Notes under the pieces: generated by a model
Told to the model about the DNA's origin: nothing
Databases searched by the model: none
Seen by the model: only the letters and a program-made list of their open reading frames with translations
Source: Azolla caroliniana
Taxonomy: Eukaryota > Plantae > Polypodiophyta
DNA length: 64,000 nucleotides
Direction of reading: 5' to 3'
Assembly (NCBI GenBank): GCA_043228905.1
Contig: JBHGNT010000011.1
Span: forward strand, 5,952,001 to 6,016,000
Part shown: positions 27,295-39,065 of the stretch, piece after piece
How the letters are laid out: each line of letters starts with the position of its first letter
Position numbering within the stretch: position 1 is the stretch's first letter
Made by a program: the position numbers and the translations under genes

Positions 27295-27620
27295 AAACAA
27301 GAACTCGATATGACATATTGAGTTCTTGTTTAAAAGCCTATATGTTAAATAGGAACTCGATACGGCATATCGAATTCTTGTTTACAACCCTCTCCTTACA
27401 TAGAAGCTCGATACGGGGTATCGAGTTTGTGTTTACAATAGACCTTTAAACACAAACTCGATACGCCGTATCGAGTTTGTGTTACGGTAGACCTTCTAAA
27501 CACAAACTCGATACGACGTATCGAGTTTGTGTTTACAGTAGACCTTCTACATACAAACTCGATACGGCGTATCGAGTTTGTATTTACAGTAGACCTTCTA
27601 AATACAAACTCGATACACGG
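27295..27620. repeat. Tandem array of ~6.3 units of ~51 bp, each a ~37-bp palindrome plus a conserved 14-bp linker
   Basis: (A)ACTCGATA cores at 27302, 27354, 27405, 27455, 27505, 27556, 27607; best unit 27498-27534 AAACACAAACTCGATACG-A-CGTATCGAGTTTGTGTTT has perfect 18-bp arms; linker ACAGTAGACCTTCT. Confidence 0.93.
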
Positions 27621-30600
27621 TGTCGTGAAGATTTTTGCCAATAGTGTGAAACTTGTGAGGAATATACGAAATCGAGTGTGGTTCTTCTTATGAAATATAA
27701 AACAATAATAGGGAAGATACTATTTAAATAAGTTTAATATGTTGGTACAAATAGATAGAGGTCTTGAAGAGCTTTTGAATGCACTTTACTACGTAGGAAA
27801 CAAACATCTAAGTGTCGAGTTATGTGGGTATGAAGTTTGCAAAGAAGAAGAAAGTAAAACAATGTGATATCCCACATAGACAAGACAAATAAGGATCCCA
27901 CCATATATAAGGCAGAGCAAAATCTATTATCTTTGGGTTTATGTGTGGAGCATAGAAAGGTTAAGTTGTATGACTTAACGAATGGATGTAGCCAAATGCA
28001 TATAACTACATGTTTTGGATGAGTCCGAGGATTGGACCAGTGATGATCTAGCGACGAGACCGGTCACCGACATCCGGCGACCTCAAGATGCGGACCGAAC
28101 TGGGCCAAACCGAACGGATGCAAATAGGACGGATCGCGGTGCATGATGTTTTAAAGATATTTGGTCCAAAAGCCTAATAATATTTTGTGCTTTAAAAGGG
28201 ATGTAAGCAACACTTTAACCTTGCACCTCCAAGATAGGAGGCAATAGACTTACCATTAGACTATGTCATTTCCTTAGAAATATTTTTCCTATCATTAGAG
28301 TTTTACATGTAAATTCTCATATTAGAGCTTTATTGAGTGACATGTGATGCATGAGCGCCAAATGGCAAACATGCATCCCATGCATTCCATGCATTGTATG
28401 CATGTCTTGTACCCTCACATGCATCATATGCATGGGAGCATCTATAAAAGGGTGGATGAAAAAGATCAAAGGGGGCGATGTATTAAATCAAGAAATTAAA
28501 AGTAAGAAATTCGTTATCCAATTGATGTATCAATCTTGTTCTTCAAATCTAAAGTCAAGAGTTCAATCTTAATCTCTCTCAATCTAAAATCAAGCGTTCT
28601 ATCTTGTCTCAATCTCTCTCTCTCTCTCTTTCAATCTATCTCAATTCCTTTCTCGCTAAAGCTAGTGCAAACTTTGAGTCCTTCTGGTCTAGAACCCCGA
28701 CGGTTCCGCTTCACGATCCGCACGTAGTGACGGATCTTCACGACATAATTAAGTGGTGAACCTAACGTGAAAGAGGAGGCAGGAAGGATCAAATCGAGGA
28801 TCAACTAATACTTGGAGATGGCATCGTCAAGCAAACAAGTGAGAGAGTTCAAAAGGACGATGCTGATCGTCGAACAAATGATGAGATCTCGAGACAATGA
28901 TGCGAGCGTGGAGAAGGCCGTCGACCGTGTCGTGGAGCTCGAGGGTGAATTTGATGGAAGGAACATTACGAAGTTCCTTGATGCATACAAAAGGGAGATG
29001 AATCAGAGGAATGTGTCTGAAGCACGTCAAATCACAAGTTTCAAGAGAGTGGTTGCAAACAACATCCAAAGACACGTCATTGAGCTTCAAGAAGGCAAGA
29101 CAACATGGTCCGAATTCGAGAAAGAGATATTAGCAGAGTTCACAACGGAAGATTTGTCGAGGATGACTTGACATGCCTTGATGAAGTGGATAGAGAAGAA
29201 AAATAAGAAGATGAGCGCCTCAAGGGTGTATGACGAATTCGACCAAATGTTTCGTTGTCTCCCCGCCACAGACCAAGTGCTACTTGAGGAGGAAAAAACT
29301 TTGTACTTCCTAAAGGCTGTGGATATAAAGGATAGACGAGAACTGGGTACTCTCCTCGAAGATGATACCCAAGCGAACGGGCTTGTGGCGGACTGGGTTG
29401 CAGTGACGCGAGCATGCAATAGGCTCGACAAGCGTTGTCAGTGGGTTGATGACACCGACTTGGCGGGATCCACTGTCACGGAGAAAACAAGACAACCAAA
29501 AGTAGCTGAGCCGCCCAAACAAAGCAGCCCGAAAGAAAAGAAGATTGATGAAGACATCATCGAAGAGCTAGCAAAGAAGTTCGAGATGGTCACGCTAGCC
29601 AACATAAATCGTCGGGGCCCCAAAGGAAAAGAATCCTTTAGATGCGTGTGGTGCGATAGCATGGACCACATGAGAAGGGATTGCGCGAGCCTTCGAGAGG
29701 CGATTAGACAAAATATCGTATACATGGATGACAACATTATCTACTCGACTAAAACTCGAAGACCCCTGCGGGTGAATTTTGGAAGAGGGGGAATGAAGAA
29801 ATCTATGGAAGATGCCGATGCTATGTCAATCTATGGGCATATCATTTCATATCTTTTGTATGATTGCATTTGTCTCGTGGAGGGTCCAGAATGGTTGTCG
29901 GCATTATGCTGCAACGGCTGGAATTAGAGTCGGAAAATATAAAAATGAAGCTACTAGAGTGGGAGCAAAGTTTTGGTCTTCCGTTCTCGAGTATGAGAAG
30001 ATGGGGAAGGTCACATCGAACGAGGTAGAGCTTGCGGACCGAAGCGTGCAAAGCATATGCGATGGTCGGATCCGGTGGATGACAACACCATACTTGCGAA
30101 AGTGATGTGCGACAACCACGAGGTGTTTGTCGAAGAAAAGAGAAAAAGAATAGAATAGCAAGGCCCATCAAAAAGACATGAAACAAGGAACGCGAAAAAG
30201 AAAGAAGATGCAGAAACGAGTTGACCTTTACAAATTGAGGAAGGAGACTCAAGCTGGAAAGGGGAGTCGAGCAAACGAGTCGAAGAAACGGTTCGGCCTG
30301 TGAAGGTTGGTGTCGAAGACCCCGCTCGAAAGACAAGGACTATGCCTACCTATAAGCTAAGGTTGGACATAGAGCAGACGACAGACCTAAAGAAGATTCT
30401 CGAGGAACGTGTTCTTGATAGCCACGTGACTTTGTCCTTGAGGGCATTATGAAGGAGTTCCACGACACGATCGTGGACCTTGTAAAAAGGAGGCAACAAT
30501 CGGACGAGGAATAAGAGAAGCCACAAAAAGGACAAACAAATGCCATAACGATGGCAAGGGACGAAGTCGATGAAGATATGGTGGACAACCATTATACTCA

Positions 30601-33600
30601 ACCTCATTGGGCACGAGCGACAACAGAGATGCCGATGAAGATCGGGGAGAAGAAAGAGACCGTGGTAGCCTTGATCGACCATGGCTTGGAGATCAACCTC
30701 ATGTCAACCGAGTTCTACTAAAAAGGAAGATGGCCAATCGATACAAACCACAGATGGAAGATTCGAGCGGCAACAAAGTCTACGGAGGACTTGTACGGAG
30801 CTTGTCCCAATGTTAAAGTCACGATCGGGGATGTGGAGATGGATCAACACTTCTTCGTGCAAAAATTGGGGTCGCATCATGTCATCCTAGGACAACTGTA
30901 TATCACATCATCCCAGATGGAGACCAAGGTGTTCGATAATGGAGCAGCCTTCGCGCGAATCAAGAGTCTTGACAATCAAAGATCTGTTCAATTTCTAACG
31001 GTGCGAGCTAATCATGAAAGAAATCGAGATAGTCTTGGAGGCGAATCCCCGGATTTTTAGAGCGGACTATTGGAGCATGGGGCACAAATAGTCCGAGCAA
31101 TCACAAGTCCCCACATGAAAATAGAGCGCATGGATTGCGAGGAGAAGCAACATATGTCACACCTAGTGGCGCATGTAAACTAGTACTACCCGACAAGAAG
31201 GACAAACGTCAGATACAAGACTTCAAGAATATGCTGAAAGAAGAAAACATAATAGAAGAAGAAGAGTTCGTGACTCATATTATGGAAGAAGCCTCATTTA
31301 ATGACACTATTGGCGAAATCGAGGAAGTCATGAACTTGAGCTATCTTCACGATCAACACGTGATTTCGGTTAACTCCATCAACATGTACACTATCATCAA
31401 TGAATATCATCGAAACATGTTGATGAAGCAAGCTGACATCAACACAAAATATAAAACGGTGGATAAGAAGATCAAGCCAGTTGCGGTTGCGGTACCGGAA
31501 GATAGTTGGCAAAAGATGAAGGAAGTCGCTAATGATCCAAGCTTAAGGGATCCGAAGGCAATAGGTCATGTCTTCACCAAAGAGACGAAGGGAAAGCTAT
31601 GAGTTGGAAGGGAGTATTTCCTCCTCCCCGAAGAAGAGAGAATGTTTCGTGACATGCTTGAGAGACATGGGAAGGCTTTCACATTTTTCCCACAAGAAAT
31701 CGGATGTGTTGAGCCAAGGATGATAGAGTTGATGGTGATCTTCACGGTGCCGCACGTACCTTGGAATTTGAAACCGATACTGGTTCTGAGAGCACACCTA
31801 CTGAAGCTGATCGAGCTCTTAAAGGAGAAGGTGAATATGGGAATTCTGGAACCGTTGAATGCTCCTTATTCTAATAGGTGGTTCACGATGCCGAAGAAGA
31901 ATGGATCATTGCGATTCATCCAAGATCTTCAACCTGTCAACAAGGTGACAATTTGGAATGCTAGAATCGGTTCGAGCGTGGACGAATTTGCCGAAGCGTT
32001 TGCGGGGTGGTCCATCTACTCCATTGGTGATCTCTACTCTGGATACGACCAATTCCAGTTGGCGATCGACAGTCGTGACATTACAACCATGAGGACTCCA
32101 ATCGGGCTTGTGGGGATGTGTACCTTACCTCAAGGTGCAACGAACTCGGTGGCTCATACGGTGAATGCCATGAACAAGGTCTTGAAGGATTGCATCCCAG
32201 ACATCACGATGCCGTTCTTGGATGATATTCCGATAAAAGGATGTTTAGATGAGGAGAAAGATGAATTGAAAGATAAGGAAGGGTGTAGAAAGTTTGTCGC
32301 GGATCATATGAAAGATTGTGAGAAGGTGCTCCAAAGGCTCGAAGATGTGAATTTGACATTTTTGGGTGAAAAATCCGCATTTGGGCAACTAGAGATCTTG
32401 GTGGTAGATCACTTGTGCGGAGGATACGGCCGGAAGCCTTCGCCATCCAAGGTGAACGCGATCCAAGATATGAAAGAAGAATGCGTAAACCAAACGGAGG
32501 ACAACAAAGATACGCCCAAGTCAAGCAAGAACTTTGGGGTATTGTGTCGGAAATGAAGACGGACAAAGACTACCTGATTGGGTCGGAAGTAATAATTGAG
32601 ACAGATTGTCTCCCAATCCTCGGGATGATCTCAAGATGTGCAACACAAGATCTAGCTATGCTAAGGTGGATCGCCTATATCAAGTCTTTAAACCTAGAGA
32701 TCTGCCATATTGTAGGGAAGAAGAACGCCATGGCTGACATGTTGTCGAGGGCAAGATTTGAGAATGAAAGTGACATGATTTCGGAAGATGAAGACGTCAC
32801 CCTGACTTCTTCAAGCTAGCTCGACTATTAGCGGAAGACAAGGACACGCTAACCCTCCACGTCTTCAACGAGTACGAGTATAAAGGAGAGTGGTTACTGA
32901 TCGGTCGATTCCTAAAAATAATGACAACGGATGCTTTGTTGACGAAGGAGGAGGCCCTACGAATCCGGAAGAAAGCTTACGAATACTTCTTGAAGGGAGG
33001 CTTCCTTTGGCAACACCCAAAAAGAAGGACAGGAATACCACATCGAGTGGTAGTGAAGAAAGAAGAGCAAGTGACGCTAATGACCAAATTCCATGAGAGT
33101 GCCTGGGCAGGTCATAGAGGAACATGGGCAACGCTCGAGAAGGTGAAGGAGAAGTACTAGTGGCCAAGCATGTACAAATATGTACTCCATTTTGTGTCCA
33201 CATGCGAAACATGCCAAGTACATTCGAATATACATCATCGTGATGAGCTACGACCGACATACCCGCTCACCATACACTTCAAATGGACGGTGGATCTGGT
33301 CTCAATGCCAATGGGAGTGGGACAAATGAAGTACTTAGCTCTGGCAAGAGAAGACTTGAGAAATTAAGTGGAAGGACAGGCCTTGACAAATAAGACGACG
33401 TCGGTTGTTCGCAAATTTCTACTTGAAGAGCTTGTTTGCCAATATTGATGTGTGGGAAAGATAGTCACCAACCGAGGGGAGTTGGATGCACACGAAGTAA
33501 CGGAGCTTTTCGAATGACTAGGCATGAAGCTCTCCCTCACGACTACCAACAATACAGAAGTGAATGGGAAGATCGAGTGAGGGCATGGACGTATTGTCAA

Positions 33601-35411
33601 AGCCATCGTACGAGCATGCAACGATCGACTCGGGAATTGGCCATGACTATTTCCCTATGCCTTGTGGGCTGACAGAACGACACACAACTCGGTGACAGGG
33701 TATATGCCAACGGAGCCTATGTATGGACAAAAGTTGGTAATGCCCATCGAAAGAACGATCGCCTCATAGGTAGCGATACCATGGGAGAACGAGATGAGCT
33801 GAGAAGAGTTATTAGCGGCACGAATAAGGAAACTTGAAAGAAAACCTGAAGATCTAGAAAAAGCGCGAACTATGATGGAGGCAGCCCGAGTGAAGAACAA
33901 AATTCGGTTCAACGAGACGCATCGACTGCGTCCCAAGAAGATCGAAGAAGGAGATTGGGTATTGGTCTACGACAACAGCCTTGCCAATCAACATAGTACA
34001 ACAAGAAAGTTCGCAAGAAGATGGTTCAGACCGTATGTGGTGACAAGTGCCAACGATAATGCCACGTACCACCTTGTGGAGCTGGACGGATCAAAGTTGG
34101 CCGTCCCCATTGCAGGGAAAAGAGTAAAGATTTCCAAGAAAAGACAAGACGAGGATCCTGACCTCGATCACCTCGACGATGAAGATAATAGGGCGGATGT
34201 GAATGAAGACGTGGAGGAATCTGATTGATCACCGTAGCCGAAATCTCACACTCTCTCTTCTTGGCACATACCAAAGGACGTGCAGTTTGGTGGGGGTGGA
34301 TGTCGTGAAGATTTTCGGCAATAGTGTGAAACTTGTGAGGAATATACGAAATCGAGTGTGGTTCTTCTCATGAAATATAAAATAATAATAGTGAAGATAC
34401 TATTTAAATAAGTTTAATATATTGGTACAAATAGATAGAGGTCTTGAAGAGCTTTTGAATGCACTTTACTACGTAGGAAACAAACATCTAAGTGTCAAGT
34501 TATGTCGGTATGAAGTTTGCAAAGAAGAAGAAAGTAAAACAATGTGATATCCCACATAGACAAGACAAATAAGGATCCCACCATATATAAGGCAGAGCAA
34601 AAGCTATTATCTTTGTGTTTATGTGTGGAGCATAGAAAGGTTAAGTTGTATGACTTAATGAATGGATGTAGCCAAATGCATATAACTATGTGTTTTGGAT
34701 GGATCCGGCGGCGGGACCGGCGACGGGACCCGACAATCGGCATCCAGCGACCTCGGGGTGCGGACTGAACCGGGCCAAACCGAACGGATGCAAATCGGAC
34801 AGATCGTGGTGCATGATGTTTTAAAGATATTTGGTCCAAAAGCCTAATAATATTTTGTGCTTTAAAGGGATGTAAGCAACACTTTAACCTTGCACCTCCA
34901 AGATAGGAGGCAATAGACTTACCACTAGACTATATCATTTCCTTAGAAATGTTTTTCCTATCATTATAGTTTTACATGTAAATTCTCATATTAGAGTTGT
35001 ATTGAGTGACATGTGATGCATGAGTGCCAAATGGCAAACATGCATCACATGCATTCCATGCATTGTATGCATGTCTTGTACCCTCATATGCATCATATGC
35101 ATGGGAGCATCTATAAAAGGGTGGATGAAAAAGATCAAAGTGGGATGATGTATTAAATCAAGAAATTAAAAGTAAGAAATTCGTTATCCAATTGATGTAT
35201 CAATCTTGTTCTTCAAATCTAAAGTCAAGAGTTCAATCTTAATCTCTCTCAACCTAAAATCAAGCGTTCTATCTTGTCTCAATCTCTCTCTCTCTTTCAA
35301 TCTATCTCAATTCCTTTCTCGCTAAAGCTAGTGCAAACTTTGAGTCCTTCCAGTCCAAAACCCCGGCAGTTCCACTTCACGATCCGCACGTAGTGACGGA
35401 TCTTCATAAAA
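27621..35411 (+). mobile_element. Near-full-length non-chromovirus Ty3/Gypsy element (Phygy-like); LTRs 27621-28745 and 34301-35411; decayed gag-PR-RT-RH-INT
   Basis: ~1.1-kb direct-repeat LTRs (5' LTR TGTCGTGAAGAT...ATCTTCACGACA; 3' LTR end degenerate); PBS TGGTGAACCTAACGTGAA at 28754-28771 complementary to the plant tRNA-Trp 3' end; CCHC (CVWCDSMDHMRRDC); PR (ALIDHGLEIN); RT (DLYSGYDQF, PQG, FLDD); RH; INT; PPT GGTGGGGGTGGA. TSD imperfect (CACGG vs TACGT). Confidence 0.93.
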
Positions 35412-37571
35412 TACGTGAAAATATCACATGATTTACATTTATTATATAAAAAAAACCATATTGTTGATCCTTTATGAAACATTAAGTTTGCTAGACCTAG
35501 AAAAATTCTCAAGAGCCTAATTTTATTGAAGAATAGTCTAAGACACATTTTAATATACAATGGAGGTCCATTAGTTTCACCTCTAGCATTACCTTGCAAT
35601 AAAGGGAATGAAACAAAACGCTAGCTTGTATTAGTAATTGTCTAACTACGGTAAATTTGATTGTAGCCTAACCTCAGGACGCAATTGACATATATTTTCC
35701 CACTTCCTCTCTTAAATAGGTCCTTTGAGAACATCTTCGATTGTCCTGTTAAGAAAATTAAGCTAAGATATCAAGGTTCACCGGTGGAGAACCAGAAACA
35801 ACTAGTTGCACAAAATGTGAAAAAGGGAAAGAAACTTCTTTTCCACGACATTAAGACCATATATATAAGGCCACATAACTCTAAGGGATGTCTCGCCATC
35901 CCTGGTAAAGGACCCAAGAAAGGTCTCTAAGGTGCAATCGAGACCTGGAAAGAAAAAGATGACAAAGATCTGTCAGAATTTGAATCATCAAGCTCAATTG
36001 AAGACGATGAAACTCGGGCGACGTTAGGGCTGAGCTAGCATTTGGTGTCTTGTCGTCTAAGCAGAATAAGATTCGCAGAGAGTTAATGCAAAGGAAACTG
36101 ATGAGAAAAGGGAAAGTCTTCAATTTGCCTATAACACACATTCATAGGCCATACATTCAATTAAATCTCAAGAAAATTTAATTGACGTGAGAAAGCATGA
36201 TCAATACAATTACTTTGTAATTGGTGGATCACATTCAGCTGAAGCACGATGACAACTTGTAAGAGAGCACCCAACCACTTTCTTCTTCAAGTATGCTGAG
36301 TGCAAAATATACACGGGCCTCACAATTGAAGTGGCAAAACTCTTGGCATGGAACCACAACAATGACAATGACTACCGACAAAAAATGGCATCCATCAAAC
36401 GGATAAGGTTCTTCAACCATGAGTACTTGGACATCAAACAAAAGTTTGTTGTAAAGCTACACCCCGGACTACGACCTCAATGTCTTCATGAGGTCGACAT
36501 TGTGGTTGATGATAATGTTAAGTCAGATGTTCTTCGCAAGTACGATTCATGGTTTCAACTAGCGTTTGGAGATGGAGAAATCTGGGACCTACAAGATCAA
36601 TTTTTTTAAATGTGGGAGAATAAGGAGGTCAAGGGTCAACGGCAAAAGAAATGTAAGGTAGACCCCCAACTCGAATTACAATCACAAACGATGAAGAAAA
36701 TTAACTTGACAATTGAAGAAGCGGCTGATGACATGAAGCTGTCTCTTTGGAGAGCAATGCAAGACATTAAGGATGAGCAACTTTTGGTGTTTGTGTTGTC
36801 AAGGGCTGTGGCCAAAGAATTGAGCCTCAAAGAGATGGTCACTGAGTTCAATAAGTAAGTCTTCTCAAATAGTTAAATGAAACAAATATGGGTTTATATA
36901 AAGTTCTAATCTCTATTTGTGATGTCACAGTCATAAGGTGTATATGAAGATCCAAGAAGTTATGATGAAACAACTTGGATTTATAACTTGGGAACAAGTG
37001 ACTGAGGATTACCCTCTGACATCTTCATATAAGGCGTTATATGAGTATTTTATTGCATTCAAGGATTGGGTTAGTATTCGTCTTTATAATAAAGTTTTTT
37101 TAATATGTAGATGTTGTGTATTAATACTCGATGCCTTATTGTCTTTACTAGAAACCGTGTCGTGGCAAGAAACCAAGAGAAGTCAAGGATATACACAACT
37201 TCCCAACATCCTTCCTTGCACATCTCGAGAGAGCCAGAAAAGAAAAGGAATGTCGCTTAGTCAAGGCATATGAATTGGAAGAAGAAGGATCTTTCAAAAA
37301 ATTTAGCCACAAGAAAGACATTACGAAAGATCTCTACTATAATGTGATTTGTGGCGATGTAGTTGACATGATTCAAAAGTGCCAAACAAAGAATACACAC
37401 TATTGATTGCAGATATTCCTTATGGATTTCAAAGGGTTGGATCATCATACGACGATGAAGCTTTTAGGTTCAAACAATTAGAAAAAATGGTTAAGGATTT
37501 TGCTGAGCTAATGACTGCATCCTTGTGGAGGATAGTCATGTTTCATAGTATGGACCAAGGGTACTCGATAG

Positions 37572-37887
37572 TGTTGGGAGTCAGGTCCCTCCGGATGGGA
37601 AGGGAGAAACCGGATGAGGAGTACCCGGTTACGGAGAGTCGGATGGTGCAGACCCGGTGAGAACCGGATGAGGAGTACCCGGCTACGGAGAGCCAGATGG
37701 TGCAGACCCGGTGAGGAGTGCTCACCGGATGAAGAGACATATTCGTAAATATGTTCCTGAGAGTCCATCATGGCTATATTTGTAAATAGCCGAAAAGTCA
37801 TATTAGTATAAATATGACTTAGGGAAAACTTTTAGAGGTTGGTTGTTATTCTTGTTGGTGCAAGAAGAGAGAGAGCGTGTAATTGTG

Positions 37888-37929
<42 letters not shown>

Positions 37930-38176
37930 CATCTTTGCCTCTGTTGAAACCGCCGCCTGTGGCGAAGATCGTGAGCACGAGGTCGTTGCCTCCGTGAACT
38001 CACTGTTGTACATTCTAACATAGTGATAGTTTGCAGCCTGTGGGCTGCCATGGTTTTTTTTTCCCTAGTTTGGGGTTTTCCACGTAAACATATTGTGTAC
38101 TCTTCTCTTCTTCGTGTCGTGCATTTATTTCCCGTTTTTTTTTGTGTATGATTCTAAGCTCGGTTGCGGCTAAGTG
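37572..38176 (+). mobile_element. Copia-family LTR (3'-truncated) interrupting the MTase exon
   Basis: Starts TGTTGGGAGTCAGGTCCCTCC, similar to the LTR at 56303; shares TATAAATATGACTTAGGG, (GA)n and GTTTTCCACGTAAACA; internal 54-bp tandem duplication (37608/37662). Confidence 0.8.
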
Positions 38177-38189
38177 TTGCGTATACGGA

Positions 38190-39065
38190 GTGTGCAGTTC
38201 CTGTAAGATAGCTCATGCACCATCAGCCCCCCCTTTCTCTTTTTGGAAGGGCCCCAACTTCCAACAATAGAAGCATGTGGGCCTTCCTCTTGACTTTGAC
38301 CTCATCCCCAACTTTTCCCGTTTCTAGGGAATTTTATTCCGGCCTCATCCCCTATTCATGTTACCTTCTATAACTAAGGCCTTTGAGTTGGTTATGGAAT
38401 CTTGCTCCTTTTGGCAAGCTTCCTGATGTAACAGGCTCAACTTCACCGTCTCTAGGGATAAATACTTTCCTTCCAATCTAGTATTACCCAATGGGACAAC
38501 GAGCGTCTCCCAGTTGTCCGAATGGGATCCTAGCAACAACAACGTTAATACCTCGTCGACAAGAGGTATTTCTAGGGAGTTGGTTTGATTTATTAGTCCC
38601 TCGAAGGCATTCAGATGCTCCACCATGCTGGAGTCATCCTGATACCAGAGTCTCACAATCTTCCGAAATACTGAGACTCTATTGACAACATTCTCCATAA
38701 CCGAGATTAAAGCACAAAGAAAAGAGAAATAAAAAATTAGAAAATGATTTACTTACACTAAGGCACAGGATATTAGTGTGGAAAATCCCAACGGTGTAAA
38801 AAACATGGGAGCCCACAAACTCCGATTAAGTCACTATGAGAGGCAATACAATGAGACTTGCAAGCAACAACCTCGAGCTTGTCTTCTTTGTCTACATGCG
38901 GCTACAGCAGAGATGCTTCACTTCTCTGTCTGTCTCTGTCACTCACATTCTCTGTTACCCAGTCAAAACTCTATACATATATCACTATAAGGTTTGCCCC
39001 AGTTATCTTATAACTTGGGACTATTTACAAATCTGGCACAAAGAGAAACCTATTTACATATGTGT
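38190..39065 (-). mobile_element. Copia gag fragment plus partial LTR
   Basis: ORF 38345-38698 (EHLNAFEGLINQ...LLLLGS...WETL); 38700-39060 is similar to the LTR at 42938-43476. Confidence 0.78.

Larger units (their letters stand above)
27183..37571 (+). pseudogene. Spliced gene for a ParB/Srx-like domain fused to a beta-class amino (N6A/N4C) DNA methyltransferase; exons ~27183-27217, 35678-36854, 36931-37069, 37152-37571 (truncated)
   Basis: YNYFVIGGSHSAEAR (IGGSHS at 36220-36237) and YTGLTIEVAKLLAWNHN are ParB-like; NVICGDVVDMIQK/VPNKEYTLLIADIPYGF (ICGD 37347-37358, DIPY 37412-37423) matches the I-x-GD...LP...LIxxDPPYG start of beta-class N6_N4 MTases; GT-AG introns 36855-36930 and 37070-37151 keep the frame; several stops and frameshifts; cut by an LTR at 37572. 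Confidence 0.72.

Noticed and set aside
27295-27620. CRISPR array
   Set aside because: The linkers between palindromes are nearly identical and only ~14 bp, there are no cas genes, and the context is eukaryotic.
33872-34228. env-like or extra ORF at the 3' end of the Gypsy element
   Set aside because: It is the integrase C-terminal GPY/F region running up to the PPT.
35678-37571. Bacterial contamination as the source of the MTase-like sequence
   Set aside because: It has frame-preserving GT-AG introns and is contiguous with, and interrupted by, plant LTR retrotransposons.
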